32,000 nt of DNA from contig NZ_CP026606.1 in assembly GCF_002945325.1 (NCBI RefSeq), positions 780,001 to 812,000 of the forward strand, in the 5' to 3' direction. A model generated the notes under the pieces. That model worked only from the letters and a program-made list of their open reading frames with translations. It was not told the origin of the DNA and searched no databases. Below are positions 10,301 through 19,498 of this stretch, one piece after another (position 1 is the first letter of the stretch; each line of letters begins with the position of its first letter). This DNA is from Methanococcus maripaludis (lineage in GTDB: Archaea > AGJL01 > Methanococci > Methanococcales > Methanococcaceae). The translations under genes and the position numbers were made by a program.

Positions 10301-10327
10301 ATAACCGGAAGTACTATTCCGGGTTAT
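10301..10327. promoter_or_regulatory. Inverted repeat ATAACCGGAA-GTACTA-TTCCGGGTTAT, candidate operator of the modABC operon
   Basis: Near-perfect dyad (one bulged base), 22 bp upstream of modA, about 20 bp downstream of a minus-strand TATA-like AATTATATATACC. Confidence 0.5.
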
Positions 10328-10805
10328 GGGAAATTATAGATTTACGGTATATATAATTTCGCATGGAGCTATTAAAATATTTAAATTTGTAAATAAAATT
10401 TGTAAACAGATTTTACGTTATTTAATGGTCCTTAAGGAGATAAAATTGAATAAAATACATACAAAAATGAGGAATAATCAAAATCAAATGGAAAATTATA
10501 TTAAATGTAACATAAACAATATATTACAATACATACTTAATTTAATCATTACTATCTGGCGTTTAATTAATTTAGCCCCCCCATAATGGATTAATTAAAT
10601 ATTATGCCCCTGAAATATTCTTAAAAAATATTAACCCAAAAACCATTTAATTTCTTTTTTTATTGAAGTATTGGTTTATTAATGTTAAAATTTTAAATAT
10701 TTTAGCTAATTTTTTAAAATTGTATCTTTTATTAACCGCATTGTCCGGTTTTGTCAATATTAATCGTTTAAAAATAAAAAAAAGTAGTATATTTATATAG
10801 AAAAC

Positions 10806-11336
10806 TTATTTTTGATTTAGCGCTTGTTCAACTGTTGACATGATCTGGGAAATTTCAGGGAACTTGCTAGGAGTTTCTTCATTTCCATTGTCAACAAAGA
10901 TAAATCCGTCTTCTTTTAATTGTTTTATGTTTCTCTGAACGGCAGGATTGCTGTACATCATCGGGTTTATGTGCATTGCCGCAACGATGGGAGCTTTTGT
11001 AGACATGATTGTTGTTGCCAGCAAGTTATCTGCTATACCATTTGCAGCTTTTCCCAAGGTGTTGGCTGAAACCGGCGCTAAAATCAGCAAATCTGCCTTT
11101 TGTGATAATGATTTATGATTTGGATCATACATTTTAGGAAGTTCAAAAGCTTCGATTTGAACCGGTCTTTTAGCTTCCCTTTGAACCATCAATGGTGACA
11201 CAAAGTTGACAGAATTCGGTGTCATGATAACATCGACTTCTGCACCCCTTTCGCGCAATTGTCCAATCAAATCCAGAGTTTTTATTGCAGGACTGCATGC
11301 ACAGATACCTACCACAATATTTTTGTCTTTAAACAT
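10806..11336 (-). CDS. Flavoprotein family protein (Dfp/UbiX-like phosphopantothenoylcysteine decarboxylase fold)
   Basis: KNIVVGICACSPAIKTLDLIGQLRERGAEVDVIMTPNSVNFVSPL, ADLLILAPVSANTLGKAANGIADNLLATT, PAMN-like AAMHINPMMYSNPAVQRNI. Confidence 0.85.
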   Translation of the reverse strand: MFKDKNIVVGICACSPAIKTLDLIGQLRERGAEVDVIMTPNSVNFVSPLMVQREAKRPVQIEAFELPKMYDPNHKSLSQKADLLILAPVSANTLGKAANGIADNLLATTIMSTKAPIVAAMHINPMMYSNPAVQRNIKQLKEDGFIFVDNGNEETPSKFPEISQIMSTVEQALNQK

Positions 11337-11405
11337 GGGTGATCTACCTATATGTCTTTTTAAATCTCAATTATTCTATATCAGACATATTAGTATATTC
11401 CAATA

Positions 11406-11639
11406 TTAAAGTTTAGATAATTCATTTTTAATTTCTTCAACACTTGGTACTTTTCCTTCAAAGATTACTTCATCATCAACTACAACGCCAGGAGTTGACA
11501 TTACATATTCTGCAATTTTTGCAGCGTCTGTAATTTTTACTACTTCTGCATCTATTTTGAGTTCTTCTACTGCTTTTTTCACGTTGTCATAAACTTCAAC
11601 GCATTTTTTACATCCCATTCCTAATATTGTTATTTTCAT
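11406..11639 (-). CDS. Small thioredoxin-like redox-active disulfide protein (TM0996-type)
   Basis: MKITILGMGCKKCVEVYDNVKKAVEEL with CxxC, TPGVVVDDEVIFEGKVPSVEEIKNEL. Confidence 0.88.
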   Translation of the reverse strand: MKITILGMGCKKCVEVYDNVKKAVEELKIDAEVVKITDAAKIAEYVMSTPGVVVDDEVIFEGKVPSVEEIKNELSKL

Positions 11640-11681
11640 GATTTTACCTCTAAATGTGTGTGTTAGTTAAAAATAATTAAA

Positions 11682-12638
11682 TTAAAGGAGGATATTGAAT
11701 AAATATCCAGTAATTACAATTGCAATGCTCGTAATTCCAAAGAATACCGCGATTAATTTTGGTTTTATTACTTTTCTAAGTAAAACTGCTTCTGGGAATG
11801 ATAACGCAGTTGTCGCCATCATAAATGCAAGTGCAGTTCCAATTCCAACCCCTTTTCCAATTAAAGCTTCTGCGATAGGAATTGTTCCAAGAGCATTTGA
11901 ATAAAGGGGCACTGCAATAATTGTTGCAAAAATTACTGCCAAGGGATTTTCAGGACCTGCATATTTTGCAAGCACTTCTTCTGGCGCATATCCATGTATT
12001 ATTGCACCAATTCCAATACCTATCAGGATATAGAGCCAGACTCTCTTTACAATATCACGGGTGCTGTCGTATGCAAATTTTAACCGCTCTTTTTGTGTTA
12101 ATTCTTTTATTTTTCGAGCCCTGCTTCTTATGCTGTATACATACTCTTCAACCTGATTTTCCATTCCAAGTTTGCCAATTATAAGTCCACCAACTACCCC
12201 GATAATAACGCCCGAAACCACATAAATCATTGCTATCTGCCAGCCAAATGATGCTAAAAGTACAGCAAACGCAGCTTCGTTTACTATCGGAGAAGTAATC
12301 AAGAATGAAAGAGTAACTCCTAATGGAACTCCTGCTTCAATAAATCCAATAAATATTGGAACTGAAGAGCATGAACAAAATGGCGTAACAGTCCCTAGTA
12401 GGGATGCCATAATATTTCCAGAAACTCCAGAGTACCTTTCAAGTATTTTTTTTGTTTTTTCAGGTGGGAAATAACTTCTAATGTATGAAATCGAAAATAT
12501 CATAATAGACAGCAGTATAACAATTTTTAAGCTGTCGTATATGAAAAAATGAACGGATGAGCCAATTGCAGTATCCATACTCATATTCAGGACATTTTCT
12601 ACAATATATCTCGCACCATAATCTAACCAGCCAAACAT
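11682..12638 (-). CDS. Permease, YraQ/DUF318 family
   Basis: LLGTVTPFCSCSSVPIFIGFIEAGVPLGVTLSFLITSPIVNEAAFAVL signature, repeated as VPLYSNALGTIPIAEALIGKGVGIGTALAFMMATTALSFPEAVLLRKVI. RBS GGTGA. Confidence 0.92.
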   Translation of the reverse strand: MFGWLDYGARYIVENVLNMSMDTAIGSSVHFFIYDSLKIVILLSIMIFSISYIRSYFPPEKTKKILERYSGVSGNIMASLLGTVTPFCSCSSVPIFIGFIEAGVPLGVTLSFLITSPIVNEAAFAVLLASFGWQIAMIYVVSGVIIGVVGGLIIGKLGMENQVEEYVYSIRSRARKIKELTQKERLKFAYDSTRDIVKRVWLYILIGIGIGAIIHGYAPEEVLAKYAGPENPLAVIFATIIAVPLYSNALGTIPIAEALIGKGVGIGTALAFMMATTALSFPEAVLLRKVIKPKLIAVFFGITSIAIVITGYLFNILL

Positions 12639-12650
12639 TTTTTCACCAAA

Positions 12651-12671
12651 AAATCACATAAAACGTGATTT
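12651..12671. promoter_or_regulatory. Hairpin (AAATCAC/GTGATTT) immediately 5' of the permease ribosome-binding site
   Basis: Perfect 7-bp arms at 12651-12657 and 12665-12671, with RBS TTTCACC (minus GGTGAAA) at 12641-12647. Confidence 0.35.
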
Positions 12672-13411
12672 ACCCATATTATTATTTTTAAATTGGAAAA
12701 CATGGGCTTTTGAATTTTAAAATACCTTTTTACAGGATTTAGGTATATTATAAAATATATTTATACTTTTCGATATACCGATATATATCGATATATATTG
12801 ATGTATTTTTAAAATATTTAAATATATAGATATATACTCATTGCAATAAATAGATAATTATAAAAATACGAGATAAGTATTATTAATTGGAGTTAATTAA
12901 CTTAATTAAATTAAGTAATTTATAAAAATTACTATTTGGCTAATTTGGTAAATAAACTCCGCAACAAATATGCATACTAAATTCAAACTACCACACCATT
13001 TTATGTTATACAAAATATAGGCTAAATTGTTTAATATAAAAATTCAGTTAATTTTTTTTCTATTATTTTTAAAAAAACATATCAAACTCTTTTCTAACGA
13101 TATGTAAAAATAGACAATATATACCCAACATAATAAATTAAATAGAAAACTATATTAGGGTTGTATACAATATCTATTAATTGGATGTGATTAATTTATC
13201 TAAAAAAGTAACTACTTATCATTAACATTTCATGTTAAATGACACTCCCTAAATAGTTTTACTTAAAAAACAGTTCGACACCCTGTTTTAAAGTAACCAC
13301 CACTCCTTAATTTTAAACCAGATTGGCCTTTGTGTTTAAAATTAAAAATTTGACCCAATACTTTTTTTATTTTTTAATCTTTTTAATCAAATGTATTTTT
13401 GATATTTTAAT

Positions 13412-13454
<43 letters not shown>

Positions 13455-13457
13455 GTA

Positions 13458-14585
13458 TTAAATCAGCCAGATTTTAACATTTTTTCTGACTTTTACTTCA
13501 TTTTCACTAACATCAACAAGACCGTCAGCATTCGCAATTGAAGTAATCATGTTTGAACCCCGAAATGCAGGGTAAGCAATCCCGTCCTTTAATTTAACTG
13601 GAAAATAGTGTTTTATTCCAAGTTCTGAATTAAATTCTTCTGAAAGGTCGGCAGTTACCAGTTCTCGCTTAAACGTTTTATGAGCCGCGTTTAAAAACAT
13701 TGGCAAAAGATATGCATAACCGCATACAAGACACGATGCAACATTTCCAGGAAGACATATTACAGGTTTTTCACTAACTTTTCCAGCAAATATTGGCATT
13801 CCAGGAATTGATTTTACTTTATGAAATAAAATATCTCCAATAGAGGATATAATTTTAAACATGTAGTCTTTTTTACCTTTAGACGTTCCACCCGAAGTTA
13901 CAACAATATCATACTGTAAAACAGTGTTTTTTATTGCATAGGTTATTTTTTCAATATTGTCCTCAACAACCCCTAAAAAAACAGGCTCACAACCTGCCTT
14001 TCTAACAATCGCAGTTAGTGTTTTTGAATTTACTTCGTTAATTTCTGAAAGTTCATTTCCAATGGAGAGTATCGCAACTTTTGGGATATCGTAAACATTT
14101 ATTTCAGCCATTCCGATTGATGCCAAAATTCCAATCGCTTTTTCATCAATCAAGGTATTTTTATCGAGAACTTTTGTATTTTTTGGAATATCTGTTCCTT
14201 TTTTAAAAATATTTGAATTTTTTGTCATTTTGACTATTCTTATCGTGTTTTCGGAATTTATCGTATTTTCGAAAGGAATTATTTTATCAGTGTTTTTTGG
14301 AATATTTGAACCTGTAGCAACCCATATACATTTTCCAGGGTTTATCAGCATGTCTACAGGGTCTCCAGCGTGAATTTCATCCGAAATTACTAAAAAATCA
14401 TTATTAAATGCATCATTAGTTATTGCGTAGCCGTCAACTGTTGATTTATCACAAAGGGGGACATCCACATTAGAATAAACGTCATCAAAAAGCACTCTCC
14501 CGTATGATTCATAAATTTCAACAGAAACTTCACGATTACATTTAAATCCATTTAAAATATTTTGAACTTCATCAGCAGTTTTCAT
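13458..14585 (-). CDS. moeA: MoeA-like molybdopterin biosynthesis protein
   Basis: DVPLCDKSTVDGYAI, ATGSNIPKNTDKIIPFE, VAILSIGNEL, VTSGGTSKGKKDYM, IPGMPIFAGKVSEKPVICLPGNVASC. Confidence 0.87.
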   Translation of the reverse strand: MKTADEVQNILNGFKCNREVSVEIYESYGRVLFDDVYSNVDVPLCDKSTVDGYAITNDAFNNDFLVISDEIHAGDPVDMLINPGKCIWVATGSNIPKNTDKIIPFENTINSENTIRIVKMTKNSNIFKKGTDIPKNTKVLDKNTLIDEKAIGILASIGMAEINVYDIPKVAILSIGNELSEINEVNSKTLTAIVRKAGCEPVFLGVVEDNIEKITYAIKNTVLQYDIVVTSGGTSKGKKDYMFKIISSIGDILFHKVKSIPGMPIFAGKVSEKPVICLPGNVASCLVCGYAYLLPMFLNAAHKTFKRELVTADLSEEFNSELGIKHYFPVKLKDGIAYPAFRGSNMITSIANADGLVDVSENEVKVRKNVKIWLI

Positions 14586-14611
14586 AAAAATACACCAGCA
14601 TTACTCAAAAA

Positions 14612-15205
14612 TTATTCGGCAGATTTTTCTGCACAATTTGGGCAGATATTTTCATCATCAATACCTTTTTTAATAAAAGATTCACCACAAAGCCCGCATA
14701 CTGCAGAAAATTTTGGCTTTTTTTCAGAAACGTGAATTTCAACAGACTTCCATGAATAAATACTATCCCCTGCATCGATTAAATCAGAAATTACTTCTTC
14801 ATGGGGCACTTTTTTTATATTCATAAACCAGTTGTAAAGTGCAGGGTATTTTTCAGCTTTTTTATGATCAAACACTATCCTAACCCCTGTACCAATATCA
14901 TTTTCAGGAATTATCTTGTTTACAGTTACTGCCATGATGTCGTGGTCTTTTATGCTCAAACGTTTGTTTCCAGTCGTACAATTTCCAAGAACCTGAAATG
15001 CATCAGGCATGCAGTTTTTAGTTTCGCATGTTGCATAAACTCGCTCTCCGTCATTTATATCAAGAAATTTTTTTGCAATATTGTACATCTGTATCCCGAT
15101 AAATGCACCTCCGCTTAAATGCCCGTGAAATCTGATAACGTCTTCTATCTGTTTTGAATATTCTTTGTCCGTTACTTTTGATAATACATCATTCATTTTT
15201 TTCAC
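14612..15205 (-). CDS. FmdE family protein (formylmethanofuran dehydrogenase subunit E-like) with C-terminal zinc ribbon
   Basis: IRFHGHLSGGAFIGIQM, TKNCMPDAFQVLGNCTTGNKRLSI, C-terminal CGLCGESF...CPNC. Confidence 0.88.
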   Translation of the reverse strand: MKKMNDVLSKVTDKEYSKQIEDVIRFHGHLSGGAFIGIQMYNIAKKFLDINDGERVYATCETKNCMPDAFQVLGNCTTGNKRLSIKDHDIMAVTVNKIIPENDIGTGVRIVFDHKKAEKYPALYNWFMNIKKVPHEEVISDLIDAGDSIYSWKSVEIHVSEKKPKFSAVCGLCGESFIKKGIDDENICPNCAEKSAE

Positions 15206-15213
15206 CGATTAAT

Positions 15214-15993
15214 TTATTCATTATTATCTTTAACTTTCATGGAATATTTCGAAGAATTCCTGCTAAAAATTCCAAAAGAAGAACCGTGTTTTAAATCTGT
15301 GACTGTTTTATCAATATTTATTACTCTTGTTGATGCAGTGTGCGTAATTCCCGAATTTTTCAGGAAATCAGGGTTTATTTGAGCAGTTGGCCCTGTTAAA
15401 ATTTTTAATTTTGCATTTTTTGAGCGCTCCAGCACAAAATCTATCGTGTCGTTTACAAGAGTTGTTCCCGTTATCACTACCGCGTCCATTTCTGGAAGTA
15501 AACGATATTCAAACGTATCATCAATTAATTCTGCACCGCAAGACGAAGAATTTCTCTCAAATACATATATTTCATAATTTTTGCCCTCAATTTCACGTAA
15601 TTCATTTACAACTGGTGCAATATTCCCAACAAACCCTATTTTTTTAATATCTTTGTCTGATACAATCAAATCCAAAACATCTTCGTTCTTTGACTCAGTA
15701 AAATCTATATAATACTGGGAAACTGCATTTATCGCGGCCATTGCAAGTGTTCTTTCAGTCAGATTGTAGCCTTTAGCACATTCTATAATGGATTCAAGAG
15801 AAGTTTCATCAAAATCTCGTCGGTAATGGCATTTTGAATCGAGAACCATCGAAACTCCCATTTTAACCCCCTTTTCACCCTCAACAATTACATAAGCATA
15901 AGGTATTGCTATTGAATATTCTTTTAATGTTAATTTATCTCCATTTTTTAAAATTTCAAGTGTTTTATCAGCTAAATTGTCCACTATCATCAT
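15214..15993 (-). CDS. DUF364/DUF4213-type putative heavy-metal chelation protein
   Basis: GVSMVLDSKCHYRR, ERTLAMAAINAVSQYY, IGFVGNIAPVV, DAVVITGTTLVNDTID, LTGPTAQINPDFLKNSGI are typical of this family. Confidence 0.8.
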   Translation of the reverse strand: MMIVDNLADKTLEILKNGDKLTLKEYSIAIPYAYVIVEGEKGVKMGVSMVLDSKCHYRRDFDETSLESIIECAKGYNLTERTLAMAAINAVSQYYIDFTESKNEDVLDLIVSDKDIKKIGFVGNIAPVVNELREIEGKNYEIYVFERNSSSCGAELIDDTFEYRLLPEMDAVVITGTTLVNDTIDFVLERSKNAKLKILTGPTAQINPDFLKNSGITHTASTRVINIDKTVTDLKHGSSFGIFSRNSSKYSMKVKDNNE

Positions 15994-16019
15994 AACACCT
16001 CAATAATTCATTATAATCA

Positions 16020-16802
16020 CTAAATCATAGTTTTTAAATAGTCTTTATCCGGAAGAACAACTTTTTGCCCGAATATATCTGCAAATTTAGTATTTATCCC
16101 GTAAAGCTCCTGAAAATTTTCAGGGCATACTGAGTTTTTATCCGCAATTTCAGAGAGAATTTTTCCATTTTTCATTAAAAATAGGTTATCGCAGAATAGA
16201 AACGCCAAATTTGGATCGTGAAGCGACAATAAAACGGTTTTATCCATTTCTTTTGATATTTTTTCGATTACTGAAAGTACAAGGTACTGATTTTTGTAAT
16301 CTAAAAAAGATGTCGGCTCATCAAAAATCATCAATTTTGCATCCTGAATAAGCGCAGTTGCAACCATTACAAGCCTTTTTTGACCGCCACTAAGAGATAT
16401 GAATTCTTTATCTTTCAAATGGCTAATTTTTAGTAATTTTAGTATTTCAGTCACTTTTTGTTCGTCTTTTTTGGAAGGACCCCTCAAAAAATTAACGTGT
16501 GGATTTCTGCCCATCAAAACAACTTCAAATACGGTGTATGGAAAATTTATCGAAAATTCCTGCGGTGAATATGAAATTAACCGTGATCTATCTTTATAAT
16601 TCATTTGGGTAGTTTTTTCCCCGTCAATTATGATACTTCCAGATTTAACAGGAACAATTCCAGAAATACACTTTAAAATCGTTGATTTTCCAGCACCATT
16701 TGGCCCAAGTATACATCCAATTCCACTGTCAAGTTTAAAACTACAATCATTCAATATTTTGTTTTTCCCGTAATTAAAATTTATATTTTCAATATTCAAC
16801 AT
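16020..16802 (-). CDS. ABC transporter ATP-binding protein, FecE/BtuD type
   Basis: Walker A GPNGAGKST, ISLSGGQKRLVMVATALIQ, Walker B LMIFDEPTSFLD, LLSLHD. Confidence 0.93.
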   Translation of the reverse strand: MLNIENINFNYGKNKILNDCSFKLDSGIGCILGPNGAGKSTILKCISGIVPVKSGSIIIDGEKTTQMNYKDRSRLISYSPQEFSINFPYTVFEVVLMGRNPHVNFLRGPSKKDEQKVTEILKLLKISHLKDKEFISLSGGQKRLVMVATALIQDAKLMIFDEPTSFLDYKNQYLVLSVIEKISKEMDKTVLLSLHDPNLAFLFCDNLFLMKNGKILSEIADKNSVCPENFQELYGINTKFADIFGQKVVLPDKDYLKTMI

Positions 16803-17752
16803 TATTTCACCCCTCTTTTTGATAAAATAATAATCAAAATTGGTGCACCAATAAACGAAGTTATAATACTTATTGGAATTTCAGAAGGCGTTAAAGTTCT
16901 TGCAAGCGTGTCGCAGAGTAAGAGAAGTGTAGCACCTACAAAAGCAGATGCAGGAACGAGTTTCCTGTTGTCTACCCCGACTAAAAGCCTTGCAATATGT
17001 GGACTTACAACTCCAACCCACTGAATCATCCCTGCAAGTGAAGTCGATGCAGATGCAGCTAGTGTTGCAAGAAATATCGTTATATTTTTCAGTTTTTTTG
17101 AATCCACCCCTAAACTTTTTGCATTTTCATCCCCTGTTGCAAGGATGTTAAAAACCCATTTTAACATTACAAGCCCGATAATCCCGATTAACATAGGTAT
17201 AACCGATATTCCCAAATCCACCCATCGAAGGCCTACAAAACTTCCAAGAAGCCAGAAAACTATCGTTGGCAATTTTTCATAAGGGTCTGCAACGTATTTT
17301 ATAAGGCCGATCATTGCAGAAAAAAATGCAGAAATCGCCATTCCGGAAAGAATAAGCCCAACAATCCCACTTTTTAAAAGACTGCTGAGTTTATATGCAA
17401 TATATACTGCAATAACACCAAATATAAACGCGGAAAACTGTACAAGATACGGATTGTACGCAAAAAATAAAATTGCAATAGATGCACCAAATGCGGACCC
17501 GCTTGTAACCCCCAAAATATTTGGGCCTGCAAGGTAATTTTTAAAAATATTTTGAAAAGAAACTCCCGCAAGCGCTAAAGATGCCCCTGCAAGCGATACT
17601 GCAATCGCCCTTGGAAGCCGGATATCAAAAAAAATATTGTTTGCAAGTGAATTTGTAAAAATTAAAGAAGGATCAAACATGTATCTTCCAACAAACAGGG
17701 AAAATAAAAACACGCCTGCAAACAAAAAAGGAAAAACATAATTTTTATTCAA
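16802..17752 (-). CDS. FecCD-family ABC transporter permease
   Basis: DIRLPRAIAVSLAGASLALAGVSFQNIFKNYLAGPNILGVTSGSAFGA, WVGVVSPHIARLLVG, GAPILIIILSKRG. The track start is 17782; a TTG at 17752 preceded by GGTGAT fits better and cuts the overlap with the upstream gene to 8 bp. Confidence 0.92.
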   Translation of the reverse strand: MNKNYVFPFLFAGVFLFSLFVGRYMFDPSLIFTNSLANNIFFDIRLPRAIAVSLAGASLALAGVSFQNIFKNYLAGPNILGVTSGSAFGASIAILFFAYNPYLVQFSAFIFGVIAVYIAYKLSSLLKSGIVGLILSGMAISAFFSAMIGLIKYVADPYEKLPTIVFWLLGSFVGLRWVDLGISVIPMLIGIIGLVMLKWVFNILATGDENAKSLGVDSKKLKNITIFLATLAASASTSLAGMIQWVGVVSPHIARLLVGVDNRKLVPASAFVGATLLLLCDTLARTLTPSEIPISIITSFIGAPILIIILSKRGVK

Positions 17753-18806
17753 TATTATCACCAACGAGCGTAACTTCGTCAATACTTACATTAAAAAACC
17801 GTTCATATTCTGATGATGTAAGTTTTAAGATATCAAAGTCAGTATACATATCAGGGTGAAGTGTTTTTGCAGTCCAGTATAGCCCGAGAACATATTTTGG
17901 ACCAAGTGTATCCCAAGATTCACCATCAAACGGCATTGCGTACACATTTCCGTTTTTAACTGCATTAATTTCTTTCCAGCCGTCGTCATTTAATATATCT
18001 TCTTTTACTTTAGTGCTTGGATACTCCATCGTGTGAGCACTCGTAATTATAATGTCAGGATTCCAGCTTGCTGCTTGTTCCACGTTAATTTGTGCTTTTC
18101 CGGTTGGTAAATCACTGGAAACAGTTTTTCCCCCGGCCATTGTAATTAAATTATTTTGATAGAATTCTCCGCCAGGAGTCCAGTATGAATTCTTTTTCTG
18201 GTCGTAAACTAAAAATAAAACCCTTGGTTTTTCATTTTCGCTGATTGATGCCGTTCTTTTTAAAACATCGTTTGTAGATTGATTGTAATAATCGATTAAT
18301 TCCTGTGCATAAGCTTCTTTTTGAAATACTTCGCCCATCATTTCAATAGTTTTATAATAATTAGAAGATGTTTCTATGTCGATAAAAACAACAGGAACTC
18401 CCAAACTCTTTAATTGCGGGTACTGTCCCTGTTGTGAGCCCCAGGATGGCGCAAAAATAACATCCGGATTTAAACTTTTAATTTCTTCAACGTTGTCGCT
18501 TTTAATATCTTTTGACCGGGTTTTGAATTCTGGGTCAACTGCATCAATAAATTCATCAGCCCCCATAACGCCCCTTCCTGCAACAATTTTATCCCCTTCA
18601 CCAAAAAGGTAAATTATCGGCGGTATCAGGCCATAATTAGAAACTACTCTCTCAACCGGTGAATTAATTGTAGAAGTCTCACCCGTAAAATCAGTAACTG
18701 AAACCATGTTAACCGCTGTTGTTGTATCCCCAACTTTAGATTCTGTGGATATGCATCCGGCCAAAAAAACCAGAAGTATTGAAAATAACACCAAATATGT
18801 CCTCAT
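17745..18806 (-). CDS. ABC transporter substrate-binding lipoprotein (FecB/BtuF type)
   Basis: Lipobox FLAGC, VERVVSNYGLIPPIIYLFGEGDKIVAG, LNPDVIFAPSWG, GGKTVSSDLPTGKAQINVEQAASWNPDIIITSAHT. Confidence 0.9.
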   Translation of the reverse strand: MRTYLVLFSILLVFLAGCISTESKVGDTTTAVNMVSVTDFTGETSTINSPVERVVSNYGLIPPIIYLFGEGDKIVAGRGVMGADEFIDAVDPEFKTRSKDIKSDNVEEIKSLNPDVIFAPSWGSQQGQYPQLKSLGVPVVFIDIETSSNYYKTIEMMGEVFQKEAYAQELIDYYNQSTNDVLKRTASISENEKPRVLFLVYDQKKNSYWTPGGEFYQNNLITMAGGKTVSSDLPTGKAQINVEQAASWNPDIIITSAHTMEYPSTKVKEDILNDDGWKEINAVKNGNVYAMPFDGESWDTLGPKYVLGLYWTAKTLHPDMYTDFDILKLTSSEYERFFNVSIDEVTLVGDNIE

Positions 18807-18986
18807 AAGTACACCTTTTATTCTTTGACATATTAATTACATAAAATTACTATTTAAATATTTTTATAACTAATTTTAATTAACATTTAAAATTTTGAAG
18901 TGACTTAGATATTAAATAATTAAAAAAATAAAAATTTACGAAATTTTAAGTCGTTTAAAACAGCTTTTTGAAATTTAAATCAGTAC

Positions 18987-19301
18987 TCAATATTTAAAAA
19001 GTTCACTTAATTTATCGTGTGACATATTTTCATTTTTTTCGATACTACCGATTCCTTTTCGGGTTAATATAAGAAATATCGGGTTATTATCTGAAATTCC
19101 CATTTTAAATTCTTCATTACTATTTCCCTGAATATAAATCATTTTTTCAAAGGATAAAGTTTCAATGCTGTCCATTAGGCTTTCTTTTCCCTCACCATTA
19201 AATTCCTCAAAAACTTCATTTATATTAACTTTAAACGTTTTTTCTCGAGTTTTCCTGCCGTAAAGATAGTTTAAAAGTTCTTTAGTTATTGAGTCAGACA
19301 T
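18987..19301 (-). CDS. Hypothetical protein, 104 aa, possible winged-helix domain
   Basis: Intact ORF with strong RBS (GGAGGTG) upstream; FLILTRKGIGSIEK resembles a wHTH wing/C-terminus. Confidence 0.65.
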   Translation of the reverse strand: MSDSITKELLNYLYGRKTREKTFKVNINEVFEEFNGEGKESLMDSIETLSFEKMIYIQGNSNEEFKMGISDNNPIFLILTRKGIGSIEKNENMSHDKLSELFKY

Positions 19302-19498
19302 GTAATCACACCTCCGCTATTTCAGGTATTTTTTCTAAATATAATATATATTACTTAACTTTTATTAAATAATGTAATGTATTAATGTTATATTTCCCGT
19401 AAAATAATTAGAAATTAAGCTCAATGATTTTAAAAATTAAAAAATAACTAAAATATTTGAATTTAAGAAAAAAAACGGTTATTAAGATTTAATTGTAA

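Noticed and set aside
10326-10586. 86-aa plus-strand ORF in the modA/flavoprotein intergenic region
   Set aside because: Very high Asn/Ile/Lys content typical of translated AT-rich spacer; no recognisable motif or convincing RBS.
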